Source: the human T2T-CHM13v2.0 reference genome, Homo sapiens. From it: 64,000 nucleotides of DNA. A program made the translations under genes and the position numbers. Positions 1 to 14,508 of the stretch are shown piece after piece. The notes under the pieces are model-generated. The model did no database searches. It saw only the letters and a list, made by a program, of their open reading frames with translations, and was not told the DNA's origin. The stretch is taken from assembly GCF_009914755.1 (NCBI RefSeq), contig NC_060934.1. One strand, given 5' to 3'. How positions within the stretch are numbered: the first letter of the stretch is position 1; each line of letters opens with the position of its first letter.

Positions 1-819
1 ATGAATGCCTTTATAATAAAAGAATCCAAATGTAAAGCTGTATGAGCAGAAGGTAAAGGAAGCAATTCACTCCAGGGAGATACCAGAGAAATTTAACAAC
101 AAAAATTTCTAATTAGCTTAATCTTCTTTGGCTATATTTCTTAAACAATTTTAGTAAGGGATGACATGGTAAGAAAAGAGCAGGATCATAAAATAGCTGG
201 ACTGTTACAAGTTGGCTTCTGTACAGATAATTATGGAATCCCGCAGTTACACAGAATACTTTCAAAGATAATCTGTTTGTAAAATTACAGTGTAATCTCA
301 TTTTTTTTATTGGCTTTCACTTGTGGCTACCTGTAGTAGTGGAAAGTTTTGATATGTATCAAATGGAGAGGAAAATGGTAGAACATTTAAAAAAACGCTT
401 AAACACTGCTCTTCCAAAGTGTCCTGAAAGAGAGTTACGATGAGTCATTCTTTTACAGAAGTACGAGATGAATAATTTGTAAGAATCAGAGTCTAGGAAG
501 AGATTTTTCCCTGTGATAAGTCTTAGAAAGACCACTTTGTCTTAGCATCATTCTCTAACTATGAAGACACTATGTCACACAGTATTTTGACACAGGCCTT
601 ATTGTGGATCCTCTTTTCTCTATGGTTTTTCTTTAAAATACATGTAATCCTGGGAGGGGTAACAGGTCGGAGTAGGAGAGTAGGGTTTGAGATATGTGTG
701 GGGAAAATAAAAGATGGATCACAGTGGGTTCAAAGTATAAATTCAATCTACATCACACAAAAGTAAAAAGTGATACAGGTTCATCTATAAGATGTTACCA
801 TCCACAGTGACTTAGATAC

Positions 820-1022
820 TGTTAGGGTTGCTTTTGGAATCACAAACCTAGGGTATAAGCCTGGCTTGCCACTAAATAGCCACGCAGTCCTGAGTTGACT
901 TCATTCTGTAAGGCTCCTTTTCCTCATTGGGACAAATTAAGATTTGGGCACTTGCCTCCTAAGTCGAGAACTAAACAGGAGAGTGCTTGTAATGCATTTG
1001 GCACAGTGCTTGGCATATGGCT
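820..1022 (+). mobile_element. MIR SINE
   Basis: Degenerate MIR core and 3' end (ttggcacagtgcttggcata); approximate ends. Confidence 0.6.
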
Positions 1023-2644
1023 GCTGCTTCTGCTGCTTTGGATTTCATTATTCTTATTTATTTTATTATCGATGATGACAATGCTAGTATTCTTAGAGTA
1101 ATCTACTTACAGGGGAATAATGAAGACCTTCCAGAGATTTCGTAAGCCAAAAATGTCAGTGGCACTTTCAGATTTGAATCTTGTCCCAGGATTATGGACA
1201 GCAATGAATTCAGTGAGGGGTAGGGATTCCTGTCTCATGGGGCCATTCCGGCCTTCTCCCAGCACAGTGAACTCATGTAAAGAGACTGGACAGGAATCCC
1301 CTTTGGTGTGAGGCCAAGGAAGGGCTTGCTAGTATATTTTAATAATTGATTTTGTTTTAATGCTTCTGTTGTATCTCTAGGGAAGCGTTAAGACAAGTCC
1401 AAAATCAGCAGCAGTGTTTGACTAGTTTTCCAGGAGCACTAATGGACTACGTGGAGTTAGAAGCATGGCCACCTGGCCTCACAGTGATGAATGATGTTAA
1501 TTTGTTACATGCTAAAATAAATTCAGTGCACAGTCTGTACAATGAAACCGTTTTTATTTGTTTTTCTGCCGAGTTAGCTGACCTTTGGCACCACACCGAA
1601 GGGTTAAATGCTATAGATTTACTGTTGATCCTAATTCAGCTAAGATGAGCCCAGCCCCTGAGGATCCCTATTGATGATGTTTTAATAAACCTTGACAACT
1701 ATGCAAGTTTTCCTTTATCCCTCTGAGAAGAAATAGAAATATCTGTTGCCAAGAGACTACTCACTTTATGTGAAATTATGGTCAAAACGAGAGCCTTTAT
1801 CCAAGATGAATTGTTAAAATTGCTTTGCTGGTTTCATAGAATCTATGGTATTGTCATTTGTGAATCACCTTTACTTCATTTTATTTTTTCCAACCTCTTA
1901 TTTATATCTGCTTTATTACTAACTGGAGTTTTATGAAAACAAGTAAAGGATTAAGTTCCTTTCATAAGGAAACATAGCTTAAAGGAAATAATATTTTCAA
2001 TGCTGTTTTCAGCTCTTTCTCATTTGTGGTGTTTCTGCTTTGTTGCCCAGAATGTGTTCATTAGAGATTGTCTAAAGAAGTTCTATTAAAATTTCTGTGG
2101 CCAAGGCAATTTGATGGATATATGCAAACAATCTTACAGGATTTGGATGTTCATATACCTGCCATTCATATTGATGAATCTGTCTCCTTAGCTTACTTTT
2201 AATTTTCAGAATTCATATCAGCATATCTCTCTGCATTTTTATAATACTTCTGAAAAAAAATCTGAAAATATGCAAGCAGGTTTATTTTTCTGTTGAACTC
2301 CTGTCTTATTATGACAACAAAATACAGCTTTCAAAGGCCACTGATATATCTTTAACACTGCTAGTATTTCAGAGACAGGTATCCATTGGCCCCATACTTT
2401 ACAGCCTAAAAATATTAAGGAATACGAATTTGACATAATTTTACCATAACCACATTATATATTTTTTGTGAGCCCTATTTAGTCCATTTTAAATACATGG
2501 ACTTTGTAGAGGCAGGTCATTAGAATGACATTTCCCTACTCATATATTGCCTAGGGATTTTCTTGAAATCTTATTCATACTGCATAAATTCATATAAACA
2601 ATGAAGAAGCAAAGGATCAGTTTTCCAGGAATACAGGGCACTTA

Positions 2645-2850
2645 ATAACAATAGTAATATAGTAATCAACATTTAATGAATTCTTACTGGGCCAAGTACT
2701 TATCTAAATAATTCATGTGTATTGACTCATTTAGTCTTCAGACCAACCCTATGAGGTAGATGTTTATTTTATCAATAAGACAGCTGAGACCCAGACAGGT
2801 TGAAATACCTCGGCCAAGGCGACCTAGCCAGTAGCTTCCAGAGCTAGAAT
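2645..2850 (-). mobile_element. MIR SINE
   Basis: Reverse MIR core (aaccctatgaggtag...gctgagacccagacaggttgaaatacctcggccaagg). Confidence 0.65.
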
Positions 2851-2865
2851 GAAATTGACAGAGGT

Positions 2866-2970
2866 TGTATTAGTTTCCTATTGCCAGTATAATGAATTAC
2901 AACAAATTTAATTGGTTAAAGTAACATCAATATATTATCTTTTAGTTCTGGATGATGGAAGCCCAAAATG
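2866..2970 (-). mobile_element. MLT1-type MaLR LTR fragment (truncated)
   Basis: Begins tgtattagtttcctattgcc, a typical MLT1 terminus, and ends abruptly at aaaatg. Confidence 0.65.
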
Positions 2971-4829
2971 TCCACAAAGGACATTTATTAGTAAAGAAGA
3001 GGAGTCAGCACCAGGACTTAAGGCAGGAAGGAATAGCCTAACTCTATTTTGTGCAAATGAAGTCAAGTTTATGATCAGGACTGCCCTTCTCTATAAAGAT
3101 GCTAAACCCTAAGCCTTCAGGTGAAGGGAAAAGATAAACATCAGCTGACAGTCTTATGGATGCATAACAAAAAGGGCTAAAGAACATGAACCCCTTTTCT
3201 GGATTGGTTCCATAATCAAAACTTTGTCCCTGAAGTCAGGAAGTACCTAGCCAATAAACAACTGCCTTTTTACAGTTTTTTTTGTTTTGTTTTTTGTTGT
3301 TTACATTGGACAATGCCCCTGGGCCACCCAGAACCCCATGAGTTCAACATTAAAGGCTTTCATATGGTTTCCTTGCCCCAAACACAACATATTTAATTCA
3401 GCCTCTAGACCAGGAGTCACATGACGTTTAAGGCACAAACATCACAACCATATGCTGTGGAAAGAATTGACAATGCTCTGAAAGAGAATCTCTGCAGAGG
3501 GAACATCATAAGCATCTGGAAGGATTTCACCAGTGAAAATGCCGTCATCCTTATAGAAAAATCTGTGAAAGCCATCAAGCCCAAAACAACAAATTTCTGC
3601 TGGAGGAAACGGTCTAGATGTTGTGCATGAATTCATAGGATCTGTGACTGAGCCAATCACGAAAATCATGAAAGAGACTGTGGATATGGCAAAAAAAAAA
3701 AAAAAAATTGGTGGGAGGTAAGGGGTTTCAAGATAGGGATCTTGGAGACATTCAAGAGCTAACAGACAACACACCAGAGGATTTAACAGAAGATGACTTG
3801 ATGGAGATGAGTACTTTGGAGCCAGTGTCAGACAATGAGGAAGACATAGACGCAGTGCCAGAAAACAAATTGACATTAGACAATCTGGCAGAAGATTTCC
3901 ACTTACTAAAGACTGCTTTTGAATTATTTTATGACATAGACCATTCTATGATATGGGCATGAAAGCAAATGGTGAGAGAACTGGTACCATATAGCTGGGG
4001 TCCCCAACTCCTGGGCCATGGACTGTTACTGATCTGTGGCCTGTTAGGAACCAGACCACACAGCAGGAGGTGAGCAGCAGGTGAGTGAGCATTACTGCTT
4101 GAGCTCCACCTCCTGTCAGATCAGAGATGGCATTAGATTCTTATAGGAGCACAAACCCTATTTTGAACTGCACATGCGAGGGATCTAGGCTGTGTGTTCC
4201 TTATGAGAATCTAATGCCTAATGATCTGAGGTGGAACAGTTTTATCTCTAAATTAACCCCAATCCCATGCCCCCCATCCTGACCCATTCATGGAAAAATT
4301 GTCTTCATGTCCCTGGTGCCAAAAAGTTTGGGGACCACTGCCACATAGAAACATTTTTAGAGAAAGGAAAAATCAAAAAAGTCAGACAGAAATTACAATG
4401 TATTTCCATAAAGTTACACTGTGCCTGCCTCTCCTGCCTCCTCTTCTCCATCCTCTACCTCTTCTAGCTCTGCCACCCAGAGACAGCATTATCAGCCCCT
4501 CTCCTTCCTCCCCCTCAGCCTAATCAATGTGAAGATGGTGAAGATGAAGACCTTTATAATGATCCACTTTCACTTAAGGAATTAGTAACTATATTTTCTT
4601 TTCTTTATGACTTTAACAGCATTTTTTCTCTAGCTTACTTTCTTGTAAGAATACAGTATGTGACACATATAATATATACAAGAAGTATTAATAACTTTGC
4701 TATAGGTAAGGCTTCTCATCAACAGCAGTCTATTAGTAGTTAAATTTTGAGGAGTCAAAAGATATATGTGGATTTTCTACTGCACAGGGGATTGGCACTC
4801 CAACCCCTGTGTTGTTCAGAGGTCAACTG
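2965..4829 (+). mobile_element. Tigger2 (TcMar-Tigger) DNA transposon, 5'-truncated, decayed transposase
   Basis: ORF fragments PQRTFISKEEESAPGLKAGRNSLTLFCAN..., NIISIWKDFTSENAVILIEK... and GFQDRDLGDIQELTD... resemble Tigger transposase. Right TIR gtgttgttcagaggtcaactg followed by TA at 4830. Confidence 0.88.
3995..4340 (+). mobile_element. MER1B (hAT-Charlie) nested in Tigger2
   Basis: TIRs ctggggtccccaa / ttggggaccactg; 8-bp TSD CCATATAG (3987-3994) / CCACATAG (4341-4348). Confidence 0.9.
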
Positions 4830-5085
4830 TATATATATGTTGTTGAGGAGAAATAATAATAATTTTAATTAAGGAAGACTAAATAAGCTTGAAAGCCTCA
4901 TTGTTTTCTTTGTATGAAATAGCAGCAAAGGGGTAATTAGTTTTAAGTCAACAGTTAAGTCAATAAGATACAAATCTTTGGATTTATATATCCTATTAGA
5001 TATTTCTCAGAGTCAAGAAAAACAATGAAATTAAAATCAGCCCTTAATTCTGTGACCAAATGAGCTCTCTTCTATTATGACTTCA

Positions 5086-5144
5086 TGTGTGTGTGTGTGT
5101 ATATATAATATATATATATATAATGAGATATATATATATCTCAT
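5086..5144. repeat. (TG)n(TA)n microsatellite ending in a 22-bp perfect palindrome
   Basis: Direct reading; atgagatatatatatatctcat at 5123-5144. Confidence 0.9.
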
Positions 5145-6714
5145 AGATTATTTTAGCTTAGAATTAATTACATTTAAAATTAAATATAAATCCTGATTTT
5201 TAGCTGTCCTATCTGAACAAATGATTAAATGATGGCTATAATTTTATATTTACTTTTTAGCATATAAATCTTCTTATTTTATGTACATAGGAATACATTA
5301 ATTTACTGTTAAACGTCATTTTAGCCACCAAATGGATTTCAATAAAGTAATAGATAAAATGCATTTAACTTACTGCATTCTTTAATAATGATATTTTAAT
5401 TGTTAGAGACTATATTGTAAGATAAAAAGGAAGTCATTTAGGGCCTTTAAAAACTGATGTGGCCTTATTTCTATACAATGCTTACATTGAAAGATGATAT
5501 CCAGATAAATGCATACCCAGTACCTTTCAGTGTTACTTAATCCTTTATCTGGTGAAATGACAGTTATCATTTGCTGAGGTCTTAAATTTGTTCTGAAAAA
5601 AAAAAATTGTTATCACTGTGGAGGATAGAAAAAGGAAGTCATGAATAAGGCCACCTCTGCTGAAACTTTCAACTATTTGGCACATAGGTTTACCTCAAAA
5701 GATGGAATACATACATGGTGCAAAGAGATGGACTAAATGATATATAAATAATCTTTCCAAGCCTGAAATCCTAAAAGATTTTCTGTCTTTAAGATATAGT
5801 TCAAGAATTGAAAACATCCTATTTCTTTATGAACTAAGACACATTATCATATTAATTACTCTATTAATTTATGCTACCCTATCAGTGGCACGTAACCTGA
5901 TAAAAATAAGGCATATCAACCTTTTTGGAATTTAACTGTTCTACCTACCCATTTGTGAATCTTTTGATTTTTCACAATCCAGCCACAAATGTGTAATATT
6001 TTCCTTTACTTTCGTGAAAGAATGCGGGGAAATAAACATATTTTCAATTTCATTTGACTAGAGGTGGGATTTGCTTTCTTTTGATCTGTATTAATTGTAG
6101 TTTTAAAAAATTAGACAATAAATATAATGGACAACTAACAGAGGCCACGCAGATGCTATTTTAAGAATCATTGAAAAGAAGCCTTTTCTCATTCATAGTT
6201 TCTTAAAATCTTAAAAGGAAGAACTTACCGAATTTATGTGCAAAGTAGATGGTTGCTTTATTGTTTGGTGAAATTAAGAGACAACTGTTTTTTTTTTTAT
6301 TACCAATTGGAAGAAACACATATATGGGTCCAAATTGTCTCCAGTTCCAGAAGGAAGCAGAAATTATATGATGTCTGTAAAAATACTTTATGTTATAGTT
6401 TTTAGGTCGCTGGATTACTTGCGTTTTACAGTTGGTTCTTTGTAAACACATCTCCAAGAAGTTGGTAAGAGATAAACTTGACTGATTTTGAAACTTACCC
6501 TGTGTTAAGGAAGCGATAATAACCCTGAAGGGCCACGTAGAATTAAGGCATCATGTTGCTAAATTATCCTTGGCTTTGCAGAATGTAGTAAGGTGCTATG
6601 CCGGACTGCAGAGGGCGTGTAGAATGGAGCCCTAACTCTCCCCTTAGTTTATCTTTGAAATCTTTCGGAGAAGTGAACTTGCACTTTTATTTATTTTTTT
6701 TCAAAGTTAATACC

Positions 6715-6890
6715 TTTTTAGTTTTTTTTAAACTTTTAAGTTCAGGGGTACAAGTGCAGGTTCGTTACGTAAGTAAACTTGTGTCATGGGGGTTTGTTGT
6801 ACAGATTATTTCATCATCCAGGTATTAAGCTTAGTACTCTTTAGTTATTTTTCCTGATGTTGTCCCTCCCCCAACTCTCTACCCTCTGAA
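6715..6890 (-). mobile_element. L1PA/L1PB-type LINE-1 3' UTR fragment
   Basis: ttttaagttcaggggtacaagtgcagg...aaacttgtgtcatgggggtttgttgtacag, typical antisense L1 3' end. Confidence 0.8.
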
Positions 6891-6917
6891 ATTTGTTTCT
6901 TTTCAATGCTTCTTTTA

Positions 6918-7225
6918 TTTTTTTTTATTTCAATAGTTTTTTGGGAGACAGGTGGTTTTTGGTTACATGGATACGTTCTTTAGTGGTGATTTCTGAGATT
7001 TTGGTGCACCCATCACTCAAGCAGTGTACACTGTACCAAATGTGTAGTCTTTTATCCCCCCACTCCCCTCCCACTCTTCCCACTGAGTCCCCAAAGTTCA
7101 TTGTATCCTTCTTATGCCTTTGCATCCTCATAGCTTAGCTCCTGCTTCTATGTGAGAACATGTGATGTTTGATTTTCCATTCCCGAGTTACTTCACTTAA
7201 AATAATAGTCTCCAACTCCACCCAG
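6918..7225 (-). mobile_element. L1PB-type LINE-1 3' end, 5'-truncated
   Basis: ggtgatttctgagattttggtgcacccatc motif; TSD-like AATGCTTCTTTTA (6905-6917) / AATGCTTATTTTA (7226-7238). Confidence 0.85.
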
Positions 7226-7384
7226 AATGCTTATTTTAAAAATAGCAATAAAATAACAGAGTCTCCAAACTGTCAATTCACAAGTACTTAATGAAGGCCT
7301 TCCAGGTGTCCAGCACTGAACTGGACCTGTTGGAGATGTTGGAAAACAAAACCAAAAACTATTTGGCATGACTTGTTTCTAGAC

Positions 7385-7522
7385 CGGGGTTGCCAAATAG
7401 AACATAGGACATCCAGTTAAATTTCAATGTCAGATAAACAGTGAACAGTTTTGTTACTGTAAGTGTGTCCGATGTGATATTTGCAAAATCTGTATTTTTA
7501 CGTACTACCTCTGGCAACCTTT
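7385..7522. mobile_element. MER53-like palindromic hAT MITE (internally deleted)
   Basis: Termini ggggttgcca / tggcaacc; internal ggacatccagttaaattt..cagataaaca. Confidence 0.7.
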
Positions 7523-7723
7523 TCCTCCAGAAACTCACAGGTTGGTGAGAACAGTAACTTATGTATATTAAATCCTTCGGGAACAGCATCGCACAGCATG
7601 TTAAGCAAGTTACTAGATCATGTACTTTAGGCCAGCACTTCATGGTTTTGTCCTCCAGTGACACAAATCACAGATGGTCCTCATGGGAAGCATTAAGACA
7701 TGCAGTATAAATGTTGAGTTATT

Positions 7724-7802
7724 CCGGGAGGTGGAGCTTGCAGTGAGCCGAGATCGCGCCACTGCACTCCAGCCTGGGCAGCAGAGCGAGACTCTGTCCC
7801 AA

Positions 7803-7850
<48 letters not shown>

Positions 7851-7862
7851 GTAAATAAATAA
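7724..7862 (+). mobile_element. 5'-truncated AluY (end of right arm) with (TAA)n tail
   Basis: AluY-diagnostic ggagcttgcagtgagccgagatcgcgccactg; TSD AAATGTTGAGTT at 7709-7720 and 7863-7874. Confidence 0.9.
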
Positions 7863-9905
7863 AAATGTTGAGTTCTTGTTCCTGATTGTTTCTCCCATTT
7901 ATTTTCAATTCAAAAAAGCAAATTGTAATGACACATAATGAGAGTGCCTTTATTATAGTGATATTTCTCATGTGATTCTAGTTTCTATATATTTTCAGAT
8001 AAATTATTCTAAAGCACCCTTCAGCTATGGTTAGTAACAAAATACTTGCACAGCTGATCTTGTCACATTTATGTGTGTGTGTGGTTAGGAAGCTTTGCTT
8101 TATCTTTAAATGTCATGGGATGTCCTGATCCTCCATAGTCAGTGAGAATCAGAGGAGGCAGATCAAGTTTCACTGGAGAGACTGGCTATGAGTGAGTTCT
8201 CAAGAGCCTAGAGTGGATGCAGTTAAAGCAGCAGTGTCTGACCATTTTGTCATAGAAACATGAAGGAAGCCATTTCCTAACCAATAGAATGACCAGAACA
8301 AGATGTTACCCAGAAGGGGAGAAATATCCTCTCAGCTTGGGTAAACCAATGGAAGGGTTACCTCAAAAATCCTCTTTTGAGAAAGAAGTACATTTTAGAC
8401 AAAGACCTAAAACATGGGAAAAGATTGTAGTCCTCTGTTCTGCTGTATTTTAATTGCTAAACAACAGTCAAGAAACTAAATGTATAATAAAATCTAAATT
8501 ATTAATTTAAATATTATAAATTCTTAAATGAGATCGAGCATCTAAGGAATGACATTTTTATATAAAGCCTGCTGAGCAGTGAGAGTCATTTGGGAAACTT
8601 TGTTCAACCTCCACAATGTCTCAAAATATTTATAATATGCACAACATTATTACACGTTTCTTCTGCAATAATCTCTGTAAATAATCACTTGAACTTTAAA
8701 AATGTTGCACTTTGTCTCCTGTCTCAATGCCCTAAATAGATCTAAAAGATCTTAAAAAGAAGCAACAGCTTAACTAACAGATGACAATGTTTTCACAAAT
8801 TCTTATTATTTAAGGTAATGAAGCTCAGGCCCTTATGTGTCTATGGGCCATGGATTTTCACTACCAATGTGTCACTTTCCAATGTTGCCTTTTAGTATTA
8901 TTTTTCAGTCCAAAAATTCTGCTACTTACTGCTTTAATTACAGTTTAGAGTCAGTAAATAAGAAAGAAGGTATGATTAACTTTGTGAAATAGAGTATAGT
9001 TGGCATAATCACCTAGCCTGTGCCAACATGGTAAAATGTGTCATGAAATAACTGAATTGATACAATATGGCATGTTTGATTTCTAGTGGTTATTTTAGAA
9101 TCTTTCCATTTATTTTCAAATTATACACACGCATGCACATATATAGACATTGGGTAAATATTTAAATATATATTATCCTAATTTCACAAAGAAATATGAA
9201 AACTCAGAGAGGTTAAATGACAGCCTGATATCTCAAAACTGTTTTGGAGAGGAATACAAATATTGACTCCAGTTTTTCTGATCCCATATATGTTCCCACT
9301 CATATTTCATCCTTCTCTCTTTAAATTCTTAAAGAGGATGTAAGATGTTGACATGTACATCACACAGTGAAATTATACCAAGGATGTCACAGGTATGCCA
9401 GAAGTAATGGCTTTCAATCTGTATGATAGTTAGTGACATAACCTTTTGAGAAATTCATGTCTACATGTTTTTTTCAGGGAACTCTGCCTGGCTTCCAGTG
9501 ATGTACACCATGATGACAGGGTAGCAACCCTGCTCTTGTTTCATATTCAAACAATGACCTGTCAAAGATACCTAAGTGTGGCTTGCTTAGGAGTGAGTCC
9601 AAGTATCACTGCCCAAGTGAATCGCATTTTGCTGTGTCATGTAAAATGTGGCCTCTCATTTCTCTTTCAGTATACTATAAATAATCAAGGAAAACAACAC
9701 CTAGTTTATTCCTCTTATGATGTTGTTCACTAAATTATTCTAAGTAAAAAATCCTAACACTGGTTCATTCTACAGCTTATATTCTGTTATTACAAAAAAA
9801 CCTGTCTTTTGAAAATGTACATAATCTATTAACAAAATTTTCCTCTTCTTTGTTAGATAGCTATTGCGATGATACTAAAGGTGTCAAAAGTAGAATTTTT
9901 ATTAA

Positions 9906-10226
<321 letters not shown>

Positions 10227-10536
10227 TTCAACAAGGATTTATTGGCATCACCTTATACTCTGAAAGTCATCACAGGTCTCAGCGGGGGAGTGGCTAGGAA
10301 TATAACCAAGAATGTCATTTAGAAATATACTAGGCAGATTGCTGAAACCACATTATTTTCTGAAACATAAAATTTGGATATACTTTCTTCCCCCTACTTA
10401 ACCCGCATTTTTCTAAAAGAACACATGCAGCTTCTAGGAATGTCCATATTAAATCAAAGGCGTAAAACCAGCTTATTTCTTCATGCTTATTTTCTTGGTT
10501 AGGAAAATACAGGGTTTGACTTCTCTTAACTGGTCA

Positions 10537-10872
<336 letters not shown>

Positions 10873-11164
10873 TCTTATCTCAAAAATGACTTTATGTGTT
10901 AAAAACAATAACAACAATAATAATAATATCACTGCCTTACATAGGTCATATATAGCAGTGTCAAAGAGCTTTACTTGACTTTGGATGGTGGTTCCTCATC
11001 TTCCCGGGCCATGTCCTGTATCACACCACTTCCCACTTCTCAATTCCCGAGCTGTGAGCCTTGACATTGTAAAGTCATTGTAACAGTGCAAAGATCAGGG
11101 TCATGATGTACCAGATGCTCACTGGGAAGGTGCTACTCAACACTCTTTAGAAGACCTGATTCTA

Positions 11165-11464
11165 GGCCGGGCGCCGTGGCTCACGCCTGTAGTAATCCTA
11201 GCACTTTGGGAGGCCGAGGCGGGCGGATCACAAGGTCAGGAGATTGAGACCATCCTGGCTAACATGGTGAAACCCCGTCTCTACTAAAAATACAAAAAAT
11301 TAGCCAGGCGTGGTGGCGGGTGCCTGTAGTCCCAGCTACTCGGGAGGCTGAGGCAGGAGAATGGCGTGCTTGCAGTGAGCGGAGATCGCGCCACTGCACT
11401 CCAGCCTGCGTGAAAGTGCGAGACTCCATCTCAGAAAAAATAAGAAATAAAAAAAGATGAAACC
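11165..11464 (+). mobile_element. AluY-like with a short right-arm deletion
   Basis: gagaccatcctggctaac and gaatggcgtg diagnostics; TSD AAGACCTGATTC(T/C)A at 11151-11164 and 11465-11478. Confidence 0.93.
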
Positions 11465-14059
11465 AAGACCTGATTCCAGGTTGAGGATGCACGTGTAGAT
11501 CTCTTTTTGTACTCTATTGGGAACATGCCCATCACATATTTTTGTGTGTCTTTTGTTTTTAGAAAGATGGAGGCAGGAGGAAGAAAGATCAGTACCCTCA
11601 GAAAAATATTGAGAAAATTTTTTTCTCAATTGAGAAATTGAGGCATGTTGTGCAGAGGCAGGGAGGGAAGATAGGAAAAGAGAATGAGACCAATACCACA
11701 CTCTTTTCTGGGAGATCCAGTTTGCTTTTTAGAGCCGAGACATAGTTTAGAGCTATGCTTCCCAGCAAACAGTGCAAAGAGAGAAGTGTTTAGTTGCATG
11801 CAACATAGTATCCGTAAAGCACAAACAGCTTGATTGCTCAATAGATTATTCACATAGTTGGTACCACTTTATGATCATTCGTCTGTCATAGTCATAGCTG
11901 CCGTGTTGCTACTTTATGTGACCAACTGCGTGCAGAACTGCATGTTCCAGGGCTAGGTAGAATGGCCATCCTCTTAGGAAGGGTAAATTATCTAAGAAAG
12001 GAAAGTGCCCAAGCAGAAATGTATCCATTGGACTGAGAAAGTACCTAACTAACCATGGCCAAGAAATGTTCACCAATGCCAAATACCAGAGTTTTCCCAG
12101 AGATCTCCATTTAGATTATCTCATTGAATCTTATCTCTCTACAATGTAGAAATTATAGTCCCATTTTTACCGATAGGTAAATCTAGGCACAATGAGATCA
12201 AATAATTTATTTATCTTACTTAAAAAAAGGATCCAGAACAGAGTATGTTGGAGTCCTCTGCCCACAGGCTTTTCATCACACAAGATAGAAAGTTGCAGAT
12301 GGAAGTGGAAAAAAAGTGGTAGGGAAAGTATTTTGGAGAAGCAATTTCACATACATCTTCTTTAAATTAAACAATCTATGTACAGCACATGGCACAGTGC
12401 CTAGCACATACTAAATACACAAAAATGTCAGCTATTATACTAACACTTCGTTTTAACAATTTTGCTCCATTGGCAATGTAATGACAGCCTTTGTTGACAT
12501 TTTTACTCAGTATTATAGGATTTGTAGATAAGAAAATGTAGTACATATTGTGATGTTTCTCTACTCTTATTAAAATTGCTTAGCAAACATCATAGCTATT
12601 AGTGTTTTAACCATTCCATTGCTTTGACATTAACAGATAATTTAAATATAATTTGGGTTGTTAGATTATGACGTATGATCTGGATTGTGTATGTCAGTGA
12701 GAATGCTTTAATCCTATCTAATTTTAGTCTTTCTCTAGATATAAATAGTTTGTTCTTGGGGATCAAGGTGAAATGTTTCCACACTGAAGTTTCCTGGAGA
12801 CACTTTGTGCAGTGTTGAGTTCACTGCTTATAACTTTGTGGAGGGTTGTTGGTAGGACATTCTACTGAAGCAGACAATTTACTTGCTTAATGAAGACATT
12901 ATGAATCTTGAGGAGTTACTTCTTTGGGCTCTGTTTATCATCTCATTGAATTCCTAAGTGCTCTTCCCATATCTTTCTTCTTCTCGCATACTACTTAACA
13001 TTAGCAGAGGGGTCTTCTTAAAGCTTATGATAGTGCCTGTCTTTAAATAAAGGATTAAAATATTCTAACATCACAGCCTTCTATTCTCTGCCTGCTGAAG
13101 CCTGACTGTAGACCATCTTTCTGACTGAGCCTTCCATATACCCTGAAGCCAACCTGCTTCCAGCAAAAGTGAACCTCTCAACACACGCCATCATTCAGGT
13201 TGCCCCCACTATTTAGAATAATCTTCCTTCTATCACTACAAACAGATTCTATCAGTATTTTAAAATCTGGTCAATATCTCCTTTTTCACATACTCACTCC
13301 TAAGGTTTCTACCTGAATGCAGTTTATGTTCTTTCCAGATCCCTTCATAAATACTTAGCTTGTGGAATTTATAACTTTTCTCTCTTGTATTATAATTATT
13401 TTGTGATTCTTACATAAACTTCTGGAGCTTCAGTTTCCTCCAACTGAAAAATGGAGATAGGCATCTGTAGCATATACGTTAATAGTTATACTTTGATTGT
13501 TAATTACAAAGCCCAATTCAATCTAGTGTGACTCATAAAGGGACCATATTAGATGGGTAATGAGGTATTTCATGGACCCAAGGTTCATAAGATATCTTGA
13601 AACTCTCAAAAATTATAATGAGCACCAATAAATCCATTGAAAACACATAGGATTCTTTCTCTCATCTCAGCTTTTCTGTTAACATCTCTCATTCTTTCTT
13701 GTTCCAGACCTGTTTTCTCTGCTTTTTCTATTCCTGTGAGAGCTTTCAGCCAAAGCTCTCAGGTTTTGACTTGTCCTTAAATACAAGTGTCCCTGATTCC
13801 CAGTTATCCCTAAACAGAATTTGATTGGCCAGCTTGGTCATGACATTTACCTCTAAGCAGCTGTAAGCATAAGAGCCTTCTGGCAAAGAATAGGATTATC
13901 AAAGGCTCACCTGATAAGCTTGGAGTACAAAAAACATTCTTATGAAATTATGACTACGGTCGTCCAAGAAAACACTAAAAAATCTATCATTATAGGATTG
14001 TTGTGAGGATAAAATATGATAATTTATGCTGCAAGAAGTGTAATTTGTGGTACCTCGAG

Positions 14060-14290
14060 TAAGATTACCTGAATTTGCATCCATGCTGTGTGCCACTCAT
14101 CAGCTTTATGGCCTTGGGGAAATTGCTTAACCTCTGTTTACTGAAGCTTCTTTATCTGTCAAAGTGAGAAAGCATAATAGTAACTAAATGATAGTGTTCT
14201 TTTGAAGATTCAGAGTTTGAATGTGCAAAGACCTATTACAGAAATTGGCACATGGTGATCACTCAGTACATATTACTTATTGTTTACTAA
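14060..14290 (+). mobile_element. MIR SINE
   Basis: ccttggggaaattgcttaacctctg MIR core and 3' end ggcacatggtgatcactcag. Confidence 0.65.
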
Positions 14291-14459
14291 AATGTGCATA
14301 GTTGCTAATCTATTGTTAGCATGAAATAAAAGTTTGTTGCTAATCTCTAACATTGCTTTTATTAAACTATAAATTTCTTGACAGTAAAAATTATTCATTA
14401 TGTATCATTGTATCTGTCTTAGTGTTTAATATGGCTTCTTACATATTTTAGACACAGTA

Positions 14460-14508
14460 AATGGATGAATGGATGGATGGATGGATAGATGAATGGATGG
14501 ATGGATAA
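14460..14508. repeat. (GGAT)n tetranucleotide repeat at an L2 tail
   Basis: Direct reading. Confidence 0.85.

Noticed and set aside
1360-1650. Acceptor-like tgcttctgttgtatctctAG at 1380 and ORF 1418-1648 as a cryptic exon
   Set aside because: No convincing donor found and no recognisable protein similarity; at most non-coding regulatory sequence.
2912-3962. Tigger transposase ORFs as a domesticated TIGD-like gene
   Set aside because: Fragmented by stops and frameshifts, 5'-truncated and interrupted by MER1B.
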